32,000 nucleotides of DNA from Rivularia sp. (in: cyanobacteria) (lineage in GTDB: Bacteria > Cyanobacteriota > Cyanobacteriia > Cyanobacteriales > Nostocaceae): positions 546,193-578,192 of the forward strand of contig OZ245371.1 of assembly GCA_965226665.1 (NCBI GenBank), in the 5' to 3' direction. The notes under the pieces are model-generated. The model ran no database searches. It had not been told where the DNA came from and saw only the letters and a program-made list of their open reading frames with translations. Both the position numbers and the translations under genes were made by a program. Positions within the stretch are counted from its first letter, which is position 1, and each line of letters begins with the position of its first letter. Below are positions 27,429 through 32,000 of the stretch, one piece after another.

Positions 27429-28904
27429 ATGATTGAATCAAATAATCCAGAAATCAATGTCGATGAATTGATGCATAAAATCCGAGAAGAGGTTGCTCAG
27501 CGTAATAATCATACGGAACCATCGTTATTAGTAAATTCAAACTATAAAGCAGCCAAAATCAACTTTAATTTTAATTACCTTGAAGCTTTACTTGGGAATG
27601 CAGAAACTAGAGCCAATGTACGAACAAAGTGGCCTGATAAGCTGAATCGCTTTCCTTTTACCTTGAGTGGAAAAATCAAGCAATACTGTTTAAAGATAGT
27701 AAACTTTATATTTAAAGATCAAAGGGAAGTTAACTTAAACCTAGTTAATGCCTTGAAGCAGTCTACACAGTTGAATCGTCAGTTGGTTACAGAAGTTGAA
27801 CTTTTGCGATCGCAATTAAATGAGCATTTGGGTACTTTCGAGAGTCGCATTAATCAAGCAGATAGCCCAGTTAAAGTTTTAGATGAGCGTTTCAATCAAA
27901 TAGATAGTCAAGTTAAAGTCTTAGACGAGCGTTTCAATCAACTAGATAACCAAGTCAAAGCCTCAGATGAACACTTCAATCAACTTAATAACCAAGTAAA
28001 AGTTTCAGATGAGCGCTTCAATCAACTAGATAGCCAAGCAAAAGCCTTAGACGAGCGTTTAAATTATATCAATAGTAGAGTCCAAGAATTGAATGGAAGT
28101 TATCTACAAAATGATTGTTATATCAAAAATGACTTAGCGCAGCAAAAACGTTTAATTACAATGTTTTTAGAAGAAGCTCGAAAACGCTTACCAGAACCTT
28201 TTAATAAAGAACAACTGGGAAATTTTCTCAATGAAGAAAAACATTTATCAGATGCATTCTACGTTGCTTTTGAAGATACATTTCGCGGTAGTCGTGAGGA
28301 TATTTTTAATAGATTAAAAGTGTTTCTACCATTAATTGAAGAAGCAAAACTTGGTACATCTGATTCAGTTGTTTTAGATGTCGGTTGTGGTAGAGGAGAA
28401 TGGTTAGAGTTACTACGAGAATCTGGGTATACAGCCCGAGGTTTGGACATCAATAGGGTAATGATTGAGCAATGTTTAAGCAGAGGATTTGAAGTAATTG
28501 AATCTGATGTTATTTCTTATCTACAGTCTTTAGAAGATAGTAGTTTAGGTGCAGTTACTGGTTTTCATATCATTGAACATTTGCCATTTGAGACTCTCAT
28601 GACCTTGTTTACTGAAGCTATCAGGGTAATTAAACCTGGAGGGTTAGTAATTTTTGAAACGCCAAATCCAGAAAATATTCTGGTTGGTAGTTGTAATTTT
28701 TACATTGATCCAACTCATCGCAATCCTTTACCCAGTTCCACAATACATTTTTTAGCTGAATCACAAGGTTTAGAAAGAGTAAAAATTATAAAACTTCATC
28801 CCTATTCTGATATATCAATACCTTCAGATTCAGATTTAGCTGAACGCTTCAATAAATATTTTTATGGAGCGCAAGATTATGCAGTCATTGGTTATAAAAA
28901 ATGA
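27429..28904 (+). CDS. Class I SAM-dependent methyltransferase with a long N-terminal repeat-built coiled coil
   Basis: The C-terminal half carries SAM motif I (VLDVGCGRGEWLELL) and IIEHLPFE...IKPGGLVIFETPN. The central region consists of 14-residue tandem repeats. It is tightly packed between the Wzt-like gene and the glycosyltransferase, with an ATGA overlap at 28901-28904. Confidence 0.8.
   Translation: MIESNNPEINVDELMHKIREEVAQRNNHTEPSLLVNSNYKAAKINFNFNYLEALLGNAETRANVRTKWPDKLNRFPFTLSGKIKQYCLKIVNFIFKDQREVNLNLVNALKQSTQLNRQLVTEVELLRSQLNEHLGTFESRINQADSPVKVLDERFNQIDSQVKVLDERFNQLDNQVKASDEHFNQLNNQVKVSDERFNQLDSQAKALDERLNYINSRVQELNGSYLQNDCYIKNDLAQQKRLITMFLEEARKRLPEPFNKEQLGNFLNEEKHLSDAFYVAFEDTFRGSREDIFNRLKVFLPLIEEAKLGTSDSVVLDVGCGRGEWLELLRESGYTARGLDINRVMIEQCLSRGFEVIESDVISYLQSLEDSSLGAVTGFHIIEHLPFETLMTLFTEAIRVIKPGGLVIFETPNPENILVGSCNFYIDPTHRNPLPSSTIHFLAESQGLERVKIIKLHPYSDISIPSDSDLAERFNKYFYGAQDYAVIGYKK
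27813..28094 (+). repeat. In-frame 42-bp (14-codon) tandem repeats, about 6.7 units
   Basis: The units begin at 27813, 27855, 27897, 27939, 27981 and 28023, with a partial unit at 28065. They read QLNEHLGTFESRIN / QADSPVKVLDERFN / QIDSQVKVLDERFN / QLDNQVKASDEHFN / QLNNQVKVSDERFN / QLDSQAKALDERLN / YINSRVQELN. Confidence 0.9.
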
Positions 28905-31250
28905 AATCTATAGCTATAATCACCCCTTGGTTTGGTAAAGAGTTAAAGGGGGGAGCAGAACAACAAGCTTGGCAAGTCGCAACACGTTTAGTAAAGCGAG
29001 GGACATGAAGTAGAAGTTTTAACAACTTGCTGTCGTTCATTTCAGGATGATTGGTCAGTTAATCATCTTAAAGCTGGATTGAGCCAAGAACAAGGTTTGA
29101 AGATTCGCCGCTTCAAAGTTGATAAGCGCGATCGCCTTAATTTTGATGCTGTTAATGCTTCGATACTAAGCTTAGCATCGTCCGATCTAAAACCAGGAGT
29201 TAGCCCGGTAAGTTTAGATAGTGCAGCTATATTTTGTTCTGAGAATATTAACTCTACTAATTTACTCAATTATCTTAAAGAACATAAGAATAAATATCAG
29301 GCATTTTTATTTTTGCCTTATCTTTATGGAGTTATTTTAAATGGTTTGGAAATTGTAGCTAGTCGTGCTTTTTTACAACCTTGTTTGCACGATGAAGCTT
29401 ATGCTTATTTGCCACAAGTGGCGAAAATTTTTCACTCAGCAAAAGGTTTATTATTTATTAGCGAAGGTGAAGCGCAATTAGCAAGAAATTTATATGGGGC
29501 TGGCATTATTCCTAAAAGTATAGTCGCAGGTGCAGCAATAGAAGTTAGTCATAGTAACAATACACAAATCGATCGAATCAAAGAGTTTCAAATTAAACAA
29601 GAAAGATTTGTTCTTTGTCTAGGTCGTCGAGATACAACCAAAAATACAGATTTATTAGTTAAAGCTTATACTACTTTCAAACAAGAGCATCCAGATTCTA
29701 ATCTTAAATTGGTTATTGTCGGACCTGGTAATCCTTCTTTTCTTAAACCCATGAAAGGATTAATTGATTTAGGCTTAGTCACAGAGCCACAAAAAGAAGC
29801 ATTATTAGCTAACTGTTTAGCTTTATTTCAACCGAGTCAGAACGAAAGCTATTCTCGTGTAATCATGGAAGCTTGGTTTTATGGTAAACCTGCTGCTGCT
29901 CATCGAAACTGTTTAGCTACCGCGATCGCAATTGAGTCTGCTCAAGGTGGATGGCTAGCAGAAACAGAATTAGAATGGGCTGAATTATTCGCTACAGTTG
30001 ACCAATTAGAAGAAAAAATATTAATAGCATACGGATCTAATGGTCACAGTTATGTTGAAGAAAATGCGGTATGGGATAAAGTTATAGCACGTTATGAAAC
30101 TGCATTAGGATTATCTAAAAGTTCGATAGAAATAACAACTAAACCTAGCTTGAGAAAACTTCAAGAAATCCATCAATTACTACCTAACCTTGCTTATGGT
30201 GACGCTATTTCAAATCATGCATTAGCAATTAGAAACTATTTACGCAAATGTGGTTATAAATCTGATATTTTCGTTCAGCATTTAGACGAGCGTGTTGCTC
30301 GTGAAGCTAATATATTTCATCCTAAATCTATTAGTCACAAAGCAGGTTTAATTTATCATCATTCTATTGGTTCCGAACTTACAAAATATGCAATATCTCA
30401 CCCTGCTTCTAAATGCTTAATTTATCACAACATTACACCGGCTAAGTTTTTTCAACCTTACCGACCGGAGTTTGCAAAAATTTTAGAACAAGGTCGTCAA
30501 GAACTCAAGCAACTAGCTAAATATTTTCCCTTATCAGTTGGAGATTCTGCTTACAATGCGACGGAGCTTGTTGAAAGTGGATTCGATCGACCGGGAGTAC
30601 TCCCAATCATCATAGATCCTAGTAAATGGGATATATCTGCCGATGGTGAACTGATGCACAAGCTGCAAGATGGCAAAACTAATTTACTTTTTGTAGGTCG
30701 TCTTGCACCAAATAAACGACAAGATGATTTGTTAAAAGCTTTCTCTGCTTATTTAACAATGGATTGTAATGCCAGGTTAATTTTAGTTGGTTCTGGTGAA
30801 ACAAATGACCCTTATTACTGTCATTTAATGAACGCAATTGAACAGCTTGGGATAGCTAACTTTGTAATGCTTCCAGGACAAGTAAACGATACTCAACTAT
30901 TAGCTTTTTATCGCAGTGCAGATTTATTTTGGTCTATGAGCGAACATGAAGGATTTTGCGTGCCATTAGTTGAAGCTATGTGGTTTGATATTCCAATATT
31001 GGCTTATAAAAGTAGCGTCATTCCAGAAACTTTAGGCAAAGCCGGATTAATGTTTAACAGCAAAGATGATTTTATCCAAATTGCTGCTCTTGCTAAAATT
31101 ATGACGAAAAATCAAGAATTACGTTCAAAATTAATTAAAGCACAACGGCAGAGGCGAAACTGCTTTCTGAAAGAATTTGTATATGAAACAATAGAAAATA
31201 TAATTATGAAAATGGAAAGTGATAGTTTAATTTATAGTTACTCAAAATAA
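28901..31250 (+). pseudogene. Two-module GT4-type glycosyltransferase, frameshifted about 34 codons in (G-run 29000-29002)
   Basis: ATG 28901 gives MKSIAIITPWFGKELKGGAEQQAWQVATRLVKRG, then a stop. The next frame continues HEVEVLTTCCRSFQDDW...GLKIRRFKVDKRD into track ORF 29079..31250. The restored N-terminus parallels the paralogue at 31305 (MRKVAFVVQRCGLEVNGGAETLCLKIAQQM...VKVRRFLVDKQRD). The two GT4 E-x7-E regions are NESYSRVIMEAWFYGKP and EHEGFCVPLVEAMWFDIP. Confidence 0.8.
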
Positions 31251-31304
31251 AAAAAATTGAGATTATTTATTATATTAGACTATTAAAATAACAGAAAATA
31301 AATT

Positions 31305-32000
31305 ATGAGAAAAGTTGCTTTTGTTGTCCAACGCTGTGGTCTAGAAGTTAACGGTGGAGCGGAAACACTTTGTCTTAAAATTGCCCAGCAAATGTCTAAA
31401 CATTGGGATACAGAAATACTGAGTACTTCCGCATTAGATTATGTAACTTGGAAGAACCATTATTCTCCCGGATTAACAAAAGTTTCTGGTGTAAAAGTTA
31501 GGCGGTTTTTAGTAGATAAACAGCGAGATCTAAAAAAATTTAATCGTCTATCTGAGAAAATTTGTTCTTGCTCAGAAGAAATATCTATCCGAGAACAAGA
31601 AGTGTGGATGCGAGAACAAGGACCATTATCTTCTGACTTAATTACTTATGTTAAACAGCATAAGCAGGAGTATGATGCATTTATATTTTTTACTTATTTA
31701 TACGCAACAAGTTATTTTGTTTTGCCACTGGTTGCAGAAAAAGCTTATATTGCAGCTTGCGCTCATGATGAATGGCCAATTCATATGAGTATGTGGGATA
31801 GTTTCTTTAAGAAACCTCGTGGTTTTATTTTTAATACTTTAGAGGAGAAAGCTTTTCTTGAGAAACGTTTTCCGCAAGTTAATTTAAAGGGACCCGTAGC
31901 AGGTATAGCAGTAGAACCACCATTAACATATAATATTGAAAACTTTAGGGATAAATATCAGATTGATGAACCTTTTTTCCTCTATATGGGCAGGATAGAT
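31305..32000 (+). CDS. GT4-type glycosyltransferase, N-terminal part (continues beyond the window end)
   Basis: The frame is open from ATG 31305 to the window end: MRKVAFVVQRCGLEVNGGAETLCLKIAQQMSKHWDTEIL...EPFFLYMGRID. It is a paralogue of the N-terminal module of the preceding gene. Confidence 0.75.
   Translation, partial: MRKVAFVVQRCGLEVNGGAETLCLKIAQQMSKHWDTEILSTSALDYVTWKNHYSPGLTKVSGVKVRRFLVDKQRDLKKFNRLSEKICSCSEEISIREQEVWMREQGPLSSDLITYVKQHKQEYDAFIFFTYLYATSYFVLPLVAEKAYIAACAHDEWPIHMSMWDSFFKKPRGFIFNTLEEKAFLEKRFPQVNLKGPVAGIAVEPPLTYNIENFRDKYQIDEPFFLYMGRID

Overview
This is an AT-rich chromosomal segment that looks like a filamentous, heterocyst-forming cyanobacterium (Nostocales-like). The basis is chlG, a PetP-like gene, a Get3d-like gene, many heptameric STRR tandem repeats, Nostoc-type GC-rich hairpin repeats and an IS701-family insertion sequence. 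The window has four blocks.

1. 1-8952: a biosynthetic cluster. It holds a B12-radical SAM gene (minus strand) and a Rieske oxygenase, divergent across a 1.07 kb ORF-free spacer. These are followed by an alpha-oxoamine synthase, a GNAT-fold acyltransferase, an extended-SDR reductase/epimerase and a fatty-acid hydroxylase. A dead tnpB element interrupts the cluster. I read it as a candidate sphingoid-base/aminolipid pathway (inference).

2. 9186-13973: a large CRISPR array of 67 repeats and 66 spacers. The 37-nt repeat ends in ATTGAAAC and the leader is on the left. No cas gene is visible anywhere in the 32 kb. Downstream lies a second tnpB element, killed by a nested IS701-like insertion with an ATAT target duplication.

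3. 17.8-23.7 kb: ordinary genes. These are a hypothetical protein, a ChaN-like lipoprotein, Dabb, a cupin, chlG, a Get3d-like protein and a PetP-like protein, separated by STRR repeats.

4. 24-32 kb: an ABC-transporter-dependent glycan (O-antigen-like) cluster. It holds a Wzm-like permease, gmd, a Wzt-like ATPase with a C-terminal carbohydrate-binding-type domain, and GT4 glycosyltransferases. It also has a methyltransferase whose N-terminal coiled coil is built from 42-bp (14-aa) tandem repeats.

Caveat: five genes carry reading-frame breaks that each look like a 1-2 nt insertion, mostly in short homopolymers. Assembly error is a serious alternative to real pseudogenes. No rRNA or tRNA genes were recognised. 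I could not run any similarity search, so all family calls rest on motifs read from the translations.
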